A stretch of DNA of 64,000 bases from Capsulimonadaceae bacterium (GCA_965215505.1 OZ244065.1:3936001-4000000), one strand, 5' to 3'. Shown: positions 27,611 through 37,677, numbered from the stretch's first letter. Numbers and translations are program-made. Notes: a model not told the origin generated them from the letters alone.

Positions 27611-27934
27611 ATGCATGTCTACCAGCCGGTTGATTTGGTACTGGGGCTGCTTATGTCCCTGCTGGGCCTGCCGGGTGTCGGCCATGACTTGTACCGTATC
27701 ATCACCAAGCAGTTCAGGAACCGCTATGATGACTGGCGTTCCCTGACTTTGAGCGTGTGGTTCATGTCAGACGGCCCGGCCCATCTTTCCAAAGCGCTCG
27801 ATCCGCGGCATCAAGAGTCACACCGTACTGGCATTCTCACCACCGTTGCGGTATGTGTCTTCTGCGCCCTTGTAGCAGCCAGTAGTATCGCTTGGATCGT
27901 TTGTAGACGCCAGAGGTCACAACTGGCTGGGTAG
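27611..27934 (+). CDS. Small membrane hypothetical protein
   Basis: Two hydrophobic segments; lower GC; start uncertain (27578 or 27611). Confidence 0.45.
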   Translation: MHVYQPVDLVLGLLMSLLGLPGVGHDLYRIITKQFRNRYDDWRSLTLSVWFMSDGPAHLSKALDPRHQESHRTGILTTVAVCVFCALVAASSIAWIVCRRQRSQLAG

Positions 27935-27937
27935 AAA

Positions 27938-28062
27938 CACGGGGCTGAACCCCCGTGCTTCATAAGTGCAAGCCCGCGAGGGTAAGGGCGAAGATTTCGG
28001 TCCCTCTGATGCCCGCGCAGGCGTGGATTTGCTCTATTAAAGCCCAGGGGTTCAGCCCTGGG
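27938..28062. repeat. MITE/REP-like element family A
   Basis: cacggggctgaacccccgtgct...aagtgcaagccc...ggggttcagccc; homologous to 41093 and 44570. Confidence 0.85.
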
Positions 28063-28085
28063 TAAGCATCGGCACGAAAGAAACT

Positions 28086-30905
28086 ATGACGAAACAGACA
28101 TCACCCGCCCGCCTCCTCATCGCCCTCGCCCTGACCGCATCGGCTTGGAATGCGGCCCCGAGCTGCGCCGCCGCGCCCGCGCCGGGCGCTGCCTCCCCGA
28201 CCGCCAGCGTCAACCCGTTCGTCGGGACGGCGGGGCACGGGCACACCTACCCCGGCGCGACGGTCCCGTTCGGTCTGGTGCAGCTCAGTCCCGACACGCG
28301 CACGGAAGGGTGGGACGGCTGTTCGGGCTACCACTACGACGACACCACCATCCAGGGCTTCAGCCACACGCATCTGACCGGGACGGGGGCGGCAGACCTC
28401 GGCGATGTCCTGCTGATGCCGACGGTCGGGGACGTACACTTGAACGTCGGCATGCCCGGCGACGGCTACGTCTCGCGCTTCTCCCACGCCAACGAGACGG
28501 CGCACCCCGGCTATTACAGTGTCTTTTTGGAGGACCCGAAGGTCAAGGCGGAGCTGACGGCGACGGCCCGCGCGGGCTTCCACCGGTATACCTTCCCGGC
28601 CACGGACAGCGCCCACGTCGTTCTGGACCTCGTCCACGGCATCGGCTGCACTGTCTACGAGGCCGGGCTGACCGTTGAGGGCGGCGACACGATTTCCGGC
28701 TACCGCAAGACGCACGGCTGGGCCGGCGACCGGTCGGTCTACTTCGTCATGCGCTTCTCGCGGCCCTTCGACGCAGCGGGGATCGAACAGGACGGCACCC
28801 GGCTGGCCCCCGGAGCGCGCGAGGCGAAGGGCGCGCACCTCAAAGCGTTCGTGAACTATAAGACGACGGCGGGAGAGGCCGTGCTGGTCAAGGTCGGCAT
28901 CTCCGGGACCGGCATTGACGGCGCGCGCAGGAACCTGGATGCCGAGATCCCCGGCTGGGACTTCGACGGGGTTCGCAGACAGGCCGCCGCCCAGTGGGAC
29001 CGTGCGCTCGGCAAGATCGCCATCGAGACGCCCGACCCGCACCTGCGCGCGACCTTCTACACGAACCTCTACCAATCGTCGCTGGCCCCGACCCTGTTCA
29101 ACGACTCGGACGGGACGTACCGGGGGATGGACCGCAAGAACCACGCCGGGGGTGGCTTCCAGAACTACACCGAGATGTCGCTCTGGGACACCTTCCGGTC
29201 CGAGAATCCCTTGCTGACCCTCGTTCAGCCGGCCCGCGTGGGTGACATCGTGCATACCATGACCGCCGAACACAGCGAGCTGGGCCGGCACATGCTGCCG
29301 GTCTGGCCGCTCTGGGGCAACGAAACCTATTGCATGATCGGCTACCACTCGGTCCCGGTCATCACCGACGCCTACTTTAAAGGCTTCAAGGGCTTCGACG
29401 CCGAGGCCGCCTATCAGGACATGCGCGACACGGCCATGCAGGACCGCAGCGGCCTGGCCGACTACAAGACCTTGGGCTATGTCGCCTCCCGCCCCGGCCG
29501 GCAGGCGACCTCCTGGACTTTGGAATATGCCTACGATGACTACTGCCTCGGGCGCATGGCCGCCGCCCTGGGCCACCCCGGCGACGCCCGGCTCTTCTAC
29601 GGGCGGGCGGCGAACTACCGGCGCGTGTTCGACGGTGCGAGCGGCTTCATGCGCGGGCGCAAGAGCGATGGGTCGTGGCGGACGCCCTTCGCGGCCAACG
29701 GCCTGGTCAACGACGAATACACCGAAGCGGACGCCTGGCAGTATGCGTTTTCCGTCCAGCAGGACGTTCCCGGCCTGATCAAGCTGTACGGCGGCGATGC
29801 CGGGTTCCTGCATAAGTTCGCCGCCATGCTGGCCGCCAATTCGGCCTTCCACCCGTACCTCCCTGATATCACCGGCATGATCGGTCAGTACGCGCACGGC
29901 GACGAGCAGTGCCACCACGTCGCCTACCTCCCGAGCTACGCGGGCGCGGCCTGGAAGACGCAGGCGCTGGTCCGGCAGGTGATGAAGGCCTTCTACGACG
30001 ACACCCCGGCCGGCCAGTGCGGCAACGACGACTGCGGCCAGATGTCCGCCTGGTACGTCTTCAGCGCCCTGGGCTTCTTCCCCGCCAACCCCGCGTCCGG
30101 CGATTACGTCTTGGGCAGCCCGCTCGTCAGCCGGGCCGTCCTGCGCCTGGACCCCGCCTACTACCCCAACGCCAAAGGCCACACGTTCACCGTCGTCGCC
30201 CAGAACAACTCGGCCCGGAACGTGTACATCCAGTCGGCCGTGCTGAACGGCATGCCGCTCAAGCGGTCCTGGTTCACCCACGCCGACCTTGCGCGTGGGG
30301 GCGAACTGCGGCTGGTGATGGGGCCGAAGCCGAACAAGAATTGGGGCGCGGCACTCGCCGACCGCCCGCGGTCGGGGATGCCCGCCGGGATGGCCCTCCC
30401 CGCCCTGCCGATGCCCGCCTTGCCGCCTTCCCCGCCCGCGCGGCTGACCCTGCCCATCCGCCTGAGCGCGGCGGGCGGGGGCGGTTTCACCTCCGATGAG
30501 GCCTACACCGACGGCGGGAGCGCCCAGGGCGCGGCGGCGATTGACGTCAGCACCCCGAATGCCGCTCCTGCCGCCGTCTACTTGGGCGAGCGGTACGGGA
30601 CGCCTCTGGTCTACACCCTCCCCGTGCCGCCCGGCGGGCCGTACACGGTCCGGCTGCACTTCGCCGAGCTGTTCGACGACGGGCCGGGGATGCGGATTGA
30701 GGACGTCTCGATCAACGGGGCGCGCGTCCTGACCGGCTTCGAGATCTTCAAGGCGGCGGGCGGCCTGAACAAAGCCGTCGTGCGCGACTTCCCCGGCATC
30801 CGGCCCGACAAGGACGGCGACATCACCCTGTCGTTCGCCGCCACGGCGGCCAGCCCCGACCAGAACGCGAAGGTCAGCGGCATCGAGATCTTTAAGCAGC
30901 CGTAA
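28086..30905 (+). CDS. GH92 alpha-mannosidase with C-terminal malectin-like domain
   Basis: VNPFVGT..HGHTYPGATVPFG.VQLSPDT, FSHTHL.GTG, SLWDTFR, TLEYAYDD, GNDDCGQMSAWY; malectin VRLHFAE. Confidence 0.93.
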   Translation: MTKQTSPARLLIALALTASAWNAAPSCAAAPAPGAASPTASVNPFVGTAGHGHTYPGATVPFGLVQLSPDTRTEGWDGCSGYHYDDTTIQGFSHTHLTGTGAADLGDVLLMPTVGDVHLNVGMPGDGYVSRFSHANETAHPGYYSVFLEDPKVKAELTATARAGFHRYTFPATDSAHVVLDLVHGIGCTVYEAGLTVEGGDTISGYRKTHGWAGDRSVYFVMRFSRPFDAAGIEQDGTRLAPGAREAKGAHLKAFVNYKTTAGEAVLVKVGISGTGIDGARRNLDAEIPGWDFDGVRRQAAAQWDRALGKIAIETPDPHLRATFYTNLYQSSLAPTLFNDSDGTYRGMDRKNHAGGGFQNYTEMSLWDTFRSENPLLTLVQPARVGDIVHTMTAEHSELGRHMLPVWPLWGNETYCMIGYHSVPVITDAYFKGFKGFDAEAAYQDMRDTAMQDRSGLADYKTLGYVASRPGRQATSWTLEYAYDDYCLGRMAAALGHPGDARLFYGRAANYRRVFDGASGFMRGRKSDGSWRTPFAANGLVNDEYTEADAWQYAFSVQQDVPGLIKLYGGDAGFLHKFAAMLAANSAFHPYLPDITGMIGQYAHGDEQCHHVAYLPSYAGAAWKTQALVRQVMKAFYDDTPAGQCGNDDCGQMSAWYVFSALGFFPANPASGDYVLGSPLVSRAVLRLDPAYYPNAKGHTFTVVAQNNSARNVYIQSAVLNGMPLKRSWFTHADLARGGELRLVMGPKPNKNWGAALADRPRSGMPAGMALPALPMPALPPSPPARLTLPIRLSAAGGGGFTSDEAYTDGGSAQGAAAIDVSTPNAAPAAVYLGERYGTPLVYTLPVPPGGPYTVRLHFAELFDDGPGMRIEDVSINGARVLTGFEIFKAAGGLNKAVVRDFPGIRPDKDGDITLSFAATAASPDQNAKVSGIEIFKQP

Positions 30906-30919
30906 GGCGGGCACTCCCG

Positions 30920-31031
30920 GCGGGCGGTTAAAACCGCGCCAACAAAGGCACAAAGTCCACCTTTGTGGACTCCGACTTGAACCTGCGAATGCAGGTTTCG
31001 TGAACTCGTTGGCGCGGTTTCAACCGCCCGC
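30920..31031. repeat. REP-like long inverted repeat
   Basis: gcgggcggttaaaaccgcgccaac ... gttggcgcggtttcaaccgcccgc with internal hairpins. Confidence 0.75.
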
Positions 31032-31121
31032 AAAAGCCGACACATCGGCCAGTCGCAAAGCGGGCAGGAGAATGACGCGCGAGGCGCGAACTCTGAGGAG
31101 TAATTCAAAGGAGACTGACAC

Positions 31122-32195
31122 ATGGACATGACGCGCAGAAGCACGGGACTCGGCACGAAATTCGGCATGGCCGCCGCACTGCTGGGGCTGACGGCGGCGT
31201 TGGCCGGCTGCGGCCACGGCAGCGGCGGGACGGCGACGAGCGGCGGGTCGGCCTCGACGGGCGGCGGGACCCCGGCGGGCGGTGCGCCGCTCCAGATCGC
31301 CGTCATCCCCAAGGGGACCTCTCACGAGTACTGGAAGTCCATCCACGCCGGGGCGATGAAGGCCTCGCAGGACCTCGCGGCCAAGGGCACGCCGGTCAAC
31401 ATCATCTGGAAGGGCACCGAGAGCGAGGGCGACCGCAACGGCCAGGTGACCATCGTCGAGAACTTCATCACCCAGAAGGTCAGCGGCATGGTGCTGGCCC
31501 CGCTGGACAAAGACGCCCTCAAGACGCCCGTCCATGATGCCGCCGACCATAAAATCCCTGTGGTTATCATCGACTCGTCGCTGAACGGCAGCGACTACAC
31601 CTCCTTCTGCGCTACCGACAATGAGAAGGGCGGGACCCTGGCGGGCGAGCAGATGGTGAAGCTGCTGGGCGGCAAGGGCAACGTCCTCGTGCTGGCCTAC
31701 GCCCTCGGCTCGGCCAGTACGGAGGCGCGCGAGAAGGGCTTCCTGGACGCCGTCAAGAAGGCCCCAGGCATCACCGTCCTGTCGAGCAACCAGTACGGCG
31801 GCCCGACGACGGAGGTCGCCCAGAAGACCTCGGGCAACCTGCTGGCCCGCTACGGCGCGCAGGTCAACGGCATCTTCGCCTCCAACGAAACCAACACGCG
31901 CGGGATGCGGCTCGCCCTCAAAGATCACGGGCTGCTGGGCAAGGTGAAGTTCGTCGGCTTCGACGCCGCTCCGGACCTCTTGGACGCGCTGAAAGCGGGC
32001 GAGTTACAGGGCCTGGTCGTGCAGAACCCGTTCAAGATGGGCGAGATCGGCGTCACGACCCTGGTGGACTCGATCCAGGGCAAGACGGTCCCCAAGACCG
32101 TGGACACCGGCGTCGCCCTCGTCACCGCCGACACGATGAGTGCCCCGGACATGCAGGACTTCCTGCACCCGCCGATCGACAAGTATCTGAAGTAG
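31122..32195 (+). CDS. Sugar ABC transporter substrate-binding lipoprotein (RbsB-like)
   Basis: RBS AAGGAG; lipobox LAGC; IAVIPKG..HEYW, ATDN.KGG, VGFD, VVQNPFKMG. Confidence 0.92.
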   Translation: MDMTRRSTGLGTKFGMAAALLGLTAALAGCGHGSGGTATSGGSASTGGGTPAGGAPLQIAVIPKGTSHEYWKSIHAGAMKASQDLAAKGTPVNIIWKGTESEGDRNGQVTIVENFITQKVSGMVLAPLDKDALKTPVHDAADHKIPVVIIDSSLNGSDYTSFCATDNEKGGTLAGEQMVKLLGGKGNVLVLAYALGSASTEAREKGFLDAVKKAPGITVLSSNQYGGPTTEVAQKTSGNLLARYGAQVNGIFASNETNTRGMRLALKDHGLLGKVKFVGFDAAPDLLDALKAGELQGLVVQNPFKMGEIGVTTLVDSIQGKTVPKTVDTGVALVTADTMSAPDMQDFLHPPIDKYLK

Positions 32196-32225
32196 AGGGG
32201 CTTTGGGCGAGTGACGCAGGCATTC

Positions 32226-32366
32226 GCCACGGGTTGAAACCCGAGGCTCCGAAATGCCCGCTGTCCAGGGAACGCAAGAGGGAGATGGCCTGTGACGGAT
32301 GGCTCTTCTGCCTTCACGTCCCCTGGACGGCGGGCCTTTTCCAGCCTCGGGTTTCAACCCGTGGCG
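32226..32366. repeat. MITE/REP-like element family B
   Basis: Same terminal IR as 17712-17897. Confidence 0.85.
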
Positions 32367-32402
32367 GGTACCGATGAACCGGCCCTGGAAGAAAGAATCG
32401 CC

Positions 32403-33419
32403 ATGAGCGCAAGCACGACGGCCGGCCCGCGCGCCGACACGGAAAACCCCGCCCCCCCCCGGTCGGGGCGGCAACTCTTGACCTTGCTCGGCCCGTTCAT
32501 CGGGCTGGCTCTGGTCATCCTGCTGTTCTCGATCCCCGCCCAGATCCGGCCCACCTTCCTCAGCCTGGACAACTTCAAAGGCGTCGCCACCCAGACCGTC
32601 ATCACCGGGCTGGGGGCGCTGGGCATGACGCTCATCATCATCAGCGGCGGCATCGACCTCTCCGTCGGGTCCGTCCTGGCCCTGACCAGCGTGGTCGTCG
32701 CCCTGCTGCTGAACCACCACGTCGCGCCCGCCTTCGCCATCCTGGCCGCCGTCCTGGTCGGCAGCGTGGCGGGGGCGGTCAACGGCTCCCTCATCACCGC
32801 CCTGCGCGTCACGCCTTTCATCGTCACGCTGGGGACACTGGGCATTGCGCGGGGCGTGGCGAGCTGGCTGGCGAATGAGCAGGCGGTCAACGCGCCCGAA
32901 ACCTGGATCAACAACCTGGCGGCCACCTACCCGACGCCGACCTGGCTGCTGGTTTCGCCGGGCGTCTGGATCACCCTCGCCCTCGCCTTCGTGACGGCCG
33001 TCCTGCTGCGCGCGACCGTGCTGGGCCGCTACATCGTCGCCATCGGGTCCAACGAGACCACGTCCCGGCTGTCCGGCCTGCGGGTGGACGGCCTGAAGAT
33101 CGGCATCTACGCCATCGCGGGCCTGTTCTTCGGCCTGGGCGGGGCCTTGCAGTTTGCCAGGCTGGGCCAGGGCGACCCGACGGTGCAGGTGGGCGGCGAG
33201 CTTGACATCATCGCCGCCGTCGTCATCGGCGGCGGCAGCCTCTCGGGCGGCGAGGGGTCCGTGCTTGGCACGATTTTAGGCGCGCTCATCATGGCCTTCC
33301 TGCGGAACGGCTCGCAGCAGATGGGCTGGCCCGCCTACGTCCAGCAGATCATCATCGGCATCGTCATCATCGCCGCCGTCGCCCTGGACCGCCTGCGGCA
33401 CCGGTCGCCGGGCAAGTAG
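32403..33419 (+). CDS. Sugar ABC transporter permease (RbsC-like)
   Basis: GGIDLSVGS, PFIVTLG, AIGSNE..SRLSG, ELDIIAAVVIGG.SLSGGEG. The ORF-track start at 32292 lies inside a repeat. Confidence 0.93.
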   Translation: MSASTTAGPRADTENPAPPRSGRQLLTLLGPFIGLALVILLFSIPAQIRPTFLSLDNFKGVATQTVITGLGALGMTLIIISGGIDLSVGSVLALTSVVVALLLNHHVAPAFAILAAVLVGSVAGAVNGSLITALRVTPFIVTLGTLGIARGVASWLANEQAVNAPETWINNLAATYPTPTWLLVSPGVWITLALAFVTAVLLRATVLGRYIVAIGSNETTSRLSGLRVDGLKIGIYAIAGLFFGLGGALQFARLGQGDPTVQVGGELDIIAAVVIGGGSLSGGEGSVLGTILGALIMAFLRNGSQQMGWPAYVQQIIIGIVIIAAVALDRLRHRSPGK

Positions 33420-33428
33420 GCTACGACA

Positions 33429-33578
33429 AGCAGGCCATGTGTTGAAACACACGGCTAGACGGCGCGGACGCCAACAAGCGCCGCTTCGCGGGGCTAAGAA
33501 AAGTCTATCCGAGTGCCGCGAAGCGGTACTTCTTGGCCGCAGGCCGTCTAGCCGTGTGTTTCAACACATGGCCTGCTT
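33429..33578. repeat. REP-like long inverted repeat
   Basis: agcaggccatgtgttgaaacacacggctagacggc paired with gccgtctagccgtgtgtttcaacacatggcctgct. Confidence 0.8.
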
Positions 33579-33639
33579 TTCAACACATGGTCCTCCTGTT
33601 CATGCGACAACGCCAGTAGAAACTATTTTCTCGCCCCCC

Positions 33640-33681
33640 TTGACAACCTCCGCCGTTTGTGTTAATATGTTAACACAAACG
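33640..33681 (+). promoter_or_regulatory. Sigma-70 promoter with overlapping palindromic operator, probably for the BlaI-like repressor
   Basis: TTGACA-N17-TAATAT; perfect 12 bp IR CGTTTGTGTTAA-N4-TTAACACAAACG (33654-33681). Confidence 0.8.
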
Positions 33682-33695
33682 ATCTGGAGGAAGCA

Positions 33696-34094
33696 ATGCC
33701 CCGCGCCCCCGGCGATTATCTCAACCCACGCGAACAGCAGATCATGGAGGCCGCCTTCCGGCGCGGGCGCGTCACCGCCGCCGATTTGGAAGAACTCCTG
33801 CCGGGTCGGCCCAGCAACTCCACCGTCCGCACCCTCCTCCGCATCTTGGAAAGCCGGGGCCACCTGACGCACGTCGAGGAGGAAGGCCGCTTCGTCTACC
33901 TCCCGGTCCTGCCCCGTGCCAATGCCGCCCGGTCGGCTTTAGACGGCGTCCTGCACACCTTCTTTGAGGACTCGGTGGAACAGGCCTTCGCCGCCCTGCT
34001 CTCCGCCCGCGAGTCCCGCCTGACGCCCGATGACCTGGACCGGCTCTCCGAGATGATCCAGCGCGCCCGCGACGGTCAGGAGGACCAGCCATGA
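33696..34094 (+). CDS. BlaI/MecI/CopY family repressor
   Basis: LNPREQQIM, STVRTLLRILE.RG, FVY.P, TFFEDS; coupled to an M56 gene. Confidence 0.92.
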   Translation: MPRAPGDYLNPREQQIMEAAFRRGRVTAADLEELLPGRPSNSTVRTLLRILESRGHLTHVEEEGRFVYLPVLPRANAARSALDGVLHTFFEDSVEQAFAALLSARESRLTPDDLDRLSEMIQRARDGQEDQP

Positions 34095-36382
34095 GCGCCC
34101 CGGTGTTCGTCGCCTGGCTCGTCCTCCTGCGCGACCTGTCGGTCAAGGGCGCATTTCTCCTGCTGGCCGCCTGGGCGCTGACATTCGCGATGCGCCAGGC
34201 CCCCGCCGCCGCCCGTCATCTGGCCTGGCTGCTGACGTTCGCCGGCCTGCTCCTCCTGCCCCTGCTGTCCGTGACACTGCCTGCCCGTCCCATCGCCGTC
34301 CTGCCCGCGCCCGCCGCGCCGGTCGTTCTTCCATCTCCGGTCGCAATGCCGTCCGTTGCCGAGCCGCCCGCTGCCGTTGAAGCCCCGGCCTCTATCGTTC
34401 CCGACCAGCGGCCTGCGCCGCCCCTGCCTGCCCGCATCCGCCCGGCCCGTACCTTGCCGATCCGCGCACTGCCTCCGGCACCGCCCGACTTGCCCGCGCT
34501 CCTCTGCTGCCTCTGGCTGCTAGGCGTCGCGCTGGCCGTGCTTCCCCTGGCCGCCGGGTGGACACTCGCCGCGCGGCGGCTGCGGCGCTGCTCCCCCATC
34601 ACCGACCGGGCCACGCTCGCCCTGGCCGCTGAGGCTGGACGCCGACTCGGCCTCCGCCGCCCCGTCTCCCTCCGCTCCGGCCCTTCGGTGTCCGTGCCCG
34701 TGACGTTCGGGCTGGTGCGCCCCGTCATCCTGCTGCCGGACGGGGCCGCGTCCTGGCCCGCCGAGCGCCTGCGCGTCGCCCTGCTGCACGAGCTGGCCCA
34801 CATCCATCGCGGCGATTGGGCGACGCAGACGGCGGCCCGACTAGTATGCGCCCTCTTCTGGCATAACCCCCTGGTCTGGCCCGCCGCCCGGATGCTCCGG
34901 GCCGAGGCCGAGCGCGCCTGCGACGACCTGGTCCTCTCATCCGGCATCCCCGCCCTCGACTACGCCCAGCACCTGCTCGCCGTCGCCGCCGCCCTCTCGG
35001 GGGCTGACCGCCCCTTGCCCCTGGCCGTCCCGATGGCCGGGCTTGGACCGCTGGAATCGCGCCTGCGCGCCGTGCTCACCGCCCGCCCCCGCCTCGCCCC
35101 GAGCCGCCGCGTTGCTGTTGTGGCCTTCGTCTTGGCTCTCGGTGTCCTGATCCCGCTTGCCGTCCTGCGCCCCGCCGCCCGCGCTGCGCGCCGGATTGCA
35201 GCGCCATTGACGCTTGTGCCCGTCGTTCTGCCCGCCCCGCCGGAGGCCGTGCGGCCTTCTCCCGTACCCCTTAGCGCGCCCGCCGCCCCACCCGCACCCT
35301 TTCTCACCAAACCCACACCGACAGGAGTTCCGCCCATGAAGCCGCTCACGCCCGTCAAAGCCGTCGCCTTGGCCGCGCTCGCCGCCACCCTGGCACTCCC
35401 CGTCGCAAAGGCCCAGTCGCCCAACTTGCCGGCCAGTGTTCCCGCTGCGTCTGCCCCTGTTGCGTCTGCCCCTGTTGCGTCTGCCCCTGTTGCGTCTGCC
35501 CCTTCCACACCACTGGCTGTATCTGTGCCCCCCAGTGTCGGTGCGTTCCCAATCAGCCTCGCTGTCAATCAAGCGTCCATGCGGGATGTTTTGGCAACGA
35601 TGTTCAAGCAGGAACATCTAGACTACATCATCGATCAGAGCGTCTCCGGCACCGTGAGCCTGCATCTGAATGGTGTCCCTTTTGATGTAGCCCTGACCAC
35701 TCTCCTGAAGGCGAGCTCCCAGCCTCTGGAGTACACTGTTCGAGGCGGCGTTTACCACATCCAGCCCCGCGTCGCGGCGGCTGGTGCCAAGGAGGCGGTG
35801 CCTGCTACCCCGCGTCAAGTGCAGATCAAGTTCGAGTGGGTTTCCTCGGCAAGCACCCCCAACGCCGCCCCGGACAAGAACGTGGAGGTCCTGACAATTA
35901 TTGCCGAGGAGGGCCGCACGACTCAGGCCAGCAGCCGACACATGCGGGACGGGGTGGGTGGCGAAGAAACCATCAGCGTTTTAGCCCACCTGAAGCCGGG
36001 CGGGGTGGTGACCCTGGACATCACGGAACACAGCACCATGACGGCCAAATCGGCCGGAGCGGTGTCCAGTGTTAACCAAACGATGGTGAGCTTCAAGGAT
36101 GGAGAAACGAGATCGATAAGCAGCTCGATTCTAGGTTCCAAGCAGGTCGGGCAGAGCATGGAGCGGATGCTGTTCGTGACGCCTACGATTATCCAGCCTC
36201 CTGCCGATGGTTCCGCTGAGCCTCGTCCCGCGCCTCCCCAAACCGGAGGTGCAACGCCCCAGAACCCGGACATTATTACGCTTGATGCTCGCATCGCCGA
36301 GGTGCAGCGGAGACTAATAGTATCCGTGATGAAGCCGATGATTCGGAAGCGAGTCAGCCCCGCGCCGGGCAAGACCCCCTAG
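34091..36382 (+). CDS. BlaR1-like M56 metallopeptidase with Pro-rich linker and secretin/STN-like C-terminal domains
   Basis: AARH..W, P.TFG..RP.ILLP, LLHELAHI.RGD, WHNPLVW, E.ACDD, YAQHLL; C-terminal RDVL...SVSGTVSLHLNGVPFDVAL. Confidence 0.9.
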   Translation: MSAPVFVAWLVLLRDLSVKGAFLLLAAWALTFAMRQAPAAARHLAWLLTFAGLLLLPLLSVTLPARPIAVLPAPAAPVVLPSPVAMPSVAEPPAAVEAPASIVPDQRPAPPLPARIRPARTLPIRALPPAPPDLPALLCCLWLLGVALAVLPLAAGWTLAARRLRRCSPITDRATLALAAEAGRRLGLRRPVSLRSGPSVSVPVTFGLVRPVILLPDGAASWPAERLRVALLHELAHIHRGDWATQTAARLVCALFWHNPLVWPAARMLRAEAERACDDLVLSSGIPALDYAQHLLAVAAALSGADRPLPLAVPMAGLGPLESRLRAVLTARPRLAPSRRVAVVAFVLALGVLIPLAVLRPAARAARRIAAPLTLVPVVLPAPPEAVRPSPVPLSAPAAPPAPFLTKPTPTGVPPMKPLTPVKAVALAALAATLALPVAKAQSPNLPASVPAASAPVASAPVASAPVASAPSTPLAVSVPPSVGAFPISLAVNQASMRDVLATMFKQEHLDYIIDQSVSGTVSLHLNGVPFDVALTTLLKASSQPLEYTVRGGVYHIQPRVAAAGAKEAVPATPRQVQIKFEWVSSASTPNAAPDKNVEVLTIIAEEGRTTQASSRHMRDGVGGEETISVLAHLKPGGVVTLDITEHSTMTAKSAGAVSSVNQTMVSFKDGETRSISSSILGSKQVGQSMERMLFVTPTIIQPPADGSAEPRPAPPQTGGATPQNPDIITLDARIAEVQRRLIVSVMKPMIRKRVSPAPGKTP
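35447..35503 (+). repeat. 15 bp tandem repeat x~4 (ASAPV)
   Basis: gcgtctgcccctgtt three times plus a partial copy, in frame. Confidence 0.9.
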
Positions 36383-36550
36383 CCCTTCCCCGGATTGAAA
36401 TCCGGGTCTTCGGCAGAGCGATTGTCCACCTGTTCACCCCGCTACGGAGCGGAGCGACTAGGGGCGTGGACACCAGATGTAGGGGCGCTGCTTGCCGCGC
36501 CCTCTTTTCTGACTCTTTTCTGACTACAGCCCCGGTCTTCAGACCGGGGC
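36382..36550. repeat. Composite REP-like region including a GTAG REP at 36479-36502
   Basis: cccggattgaaatccggg; gtaggggcgctgcttgccgcgccc (near-identical to 42841); gccccggtcttcagaccggggc. Confidence 0.65.
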
Positions 36551-36573
36551 CTTGTTGAGCAGGAAGCCCGCTG

Positions 36574-37677
36574 TCACTCCTCCCCCTCCCTGCCCTCCGC
36601 CTTGTATTTGAGCTGCCCCAGCACGCAGTCGCCGGCCTCGATGTCGTCGCGCTCCGTCAGATACGTCGCCTGGTAGAGCGAGCCGCCTTTGTAGGCGTAC
36701 AGGTAGCGGATTTCAACGAGGGCACCGGCGGCAGGGATGGCCTTGTTCGGGGGGATGGTGACATTTCCCACATTGACAGGCTTCCCTGCGTCGTCCAAAA
36801 GGTGCAGGCGGATGCTGCGCTGGTCGTTCTGGGCCGTGACAAGGCAGGTGCAGGTGGCGTAGAACTTGCACTTGACCTGGGAGCCGCCCGAGGCGGGCCG
36901 CCCGGCGATGTATTGGCCGTCCGCCTTTTTGAACACGACCCCCTCGCCGCCCGACGCCGCGATGCGGTCGTAGAGCGCCCGCTTGCCGTCCGCGTCCCAG
37001 GCGGTCTCGGCGACGACGAGGGCCGGGGTGGGGGAGGCGAGGACGGCGGCGCGGAGGGCGTCGTAACGCTCCCGGTAGGGATGCGTGCGGCAGTCGGTCT
37101 CGCCCGATTTCAGCAGGTCGAAGACGACGTAAGCATCGCCGAGCAGTTCGCCGTCCAGCTCGCCGTCCGGCAGGGCGGCGAGCGCGTCGCTGATCTCCTG
37201 GGTTAGCGGGACGCACAGCCCCTTGCGGTTGGAGCCGGCCGGGACGCCGCCGCTGACGGCGACCATGATGCGCCGCCCATCGAACTTCTCCTGGAGGCAC
37301 CAGGCCGGGTCCGCCAGCAGTGCTTCGGCGGCCTCCTCCCCGATGGAGTTGAGGAGCTGCGGGTGCAGGCCGGACCGGCGGCCTTCCAAGTCGGTCAGGG
37401 CGAACAATGCGCCGGTGCCGTCAGGCGTGTAGCCTTTGGCGGTCTTCTCGGCCAGCAGCTTGTCATAGATCTGTTGCGCCTTCTCCCAGGCGACCGGCGT
37501 GGTGGTCTTCGTCCCGGCCGTCATCGCGCTCCCGCGCCGCCCGAAGGCGAACGTGACGGTGAAGCCGTCGCCGACGGCGTTGATGTTGGCATGATAGACT
37601 TTGTCGGAGCCGCCGTCGCGGTAGAAAAGGCGAGCGCTCGGCAGGGGGTCAGGGATAGCTTCCGTGGGTGGCGTCAT
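36574..37677 (-). CDS. WGR domain + ATP-dependent DNA ligase
   Basis: RBS AAGGAG; WGR-like SDKVY...AFGRRG...EKTAKGY; ligase motifs QEKFDG, LDGEL, VFDLL, EGVVFK, K.K; OB-like tail VEIRY. Confidence 0.88.
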   Translation of the reverse strand: MTPPTEAIPDPLPSARLFYRDGGSDKVYHANINAVGDGFTVTFAFGRRGSAMTAGTKTTTPVAWEKAQQIYDKLLAEKTAKGYTPDGTGALFALTDLEGRRSGLHPQLLNSIGEEAAEALLADPAWCLQEKFDGRRIMVAVSGGVPAGSNRKGLCVPLTQEISDALAALPDGELDGELLGDAYVVFDLLKSGETDCRTHPYRERYDALRAAVLASPTPALVVAETAWDADGKRALYDRIAASGGEGVVFKKADGQYIAGRPASGGSQVKCKFYATCTCLVTAQNDQRSIRLHLLDDAGKPVNVGNVTIPPNKAIPAAGALVEIRYLYAYKGGSLYQATYLTERDDIEAGDCVLGQLKYKAEGREGEE

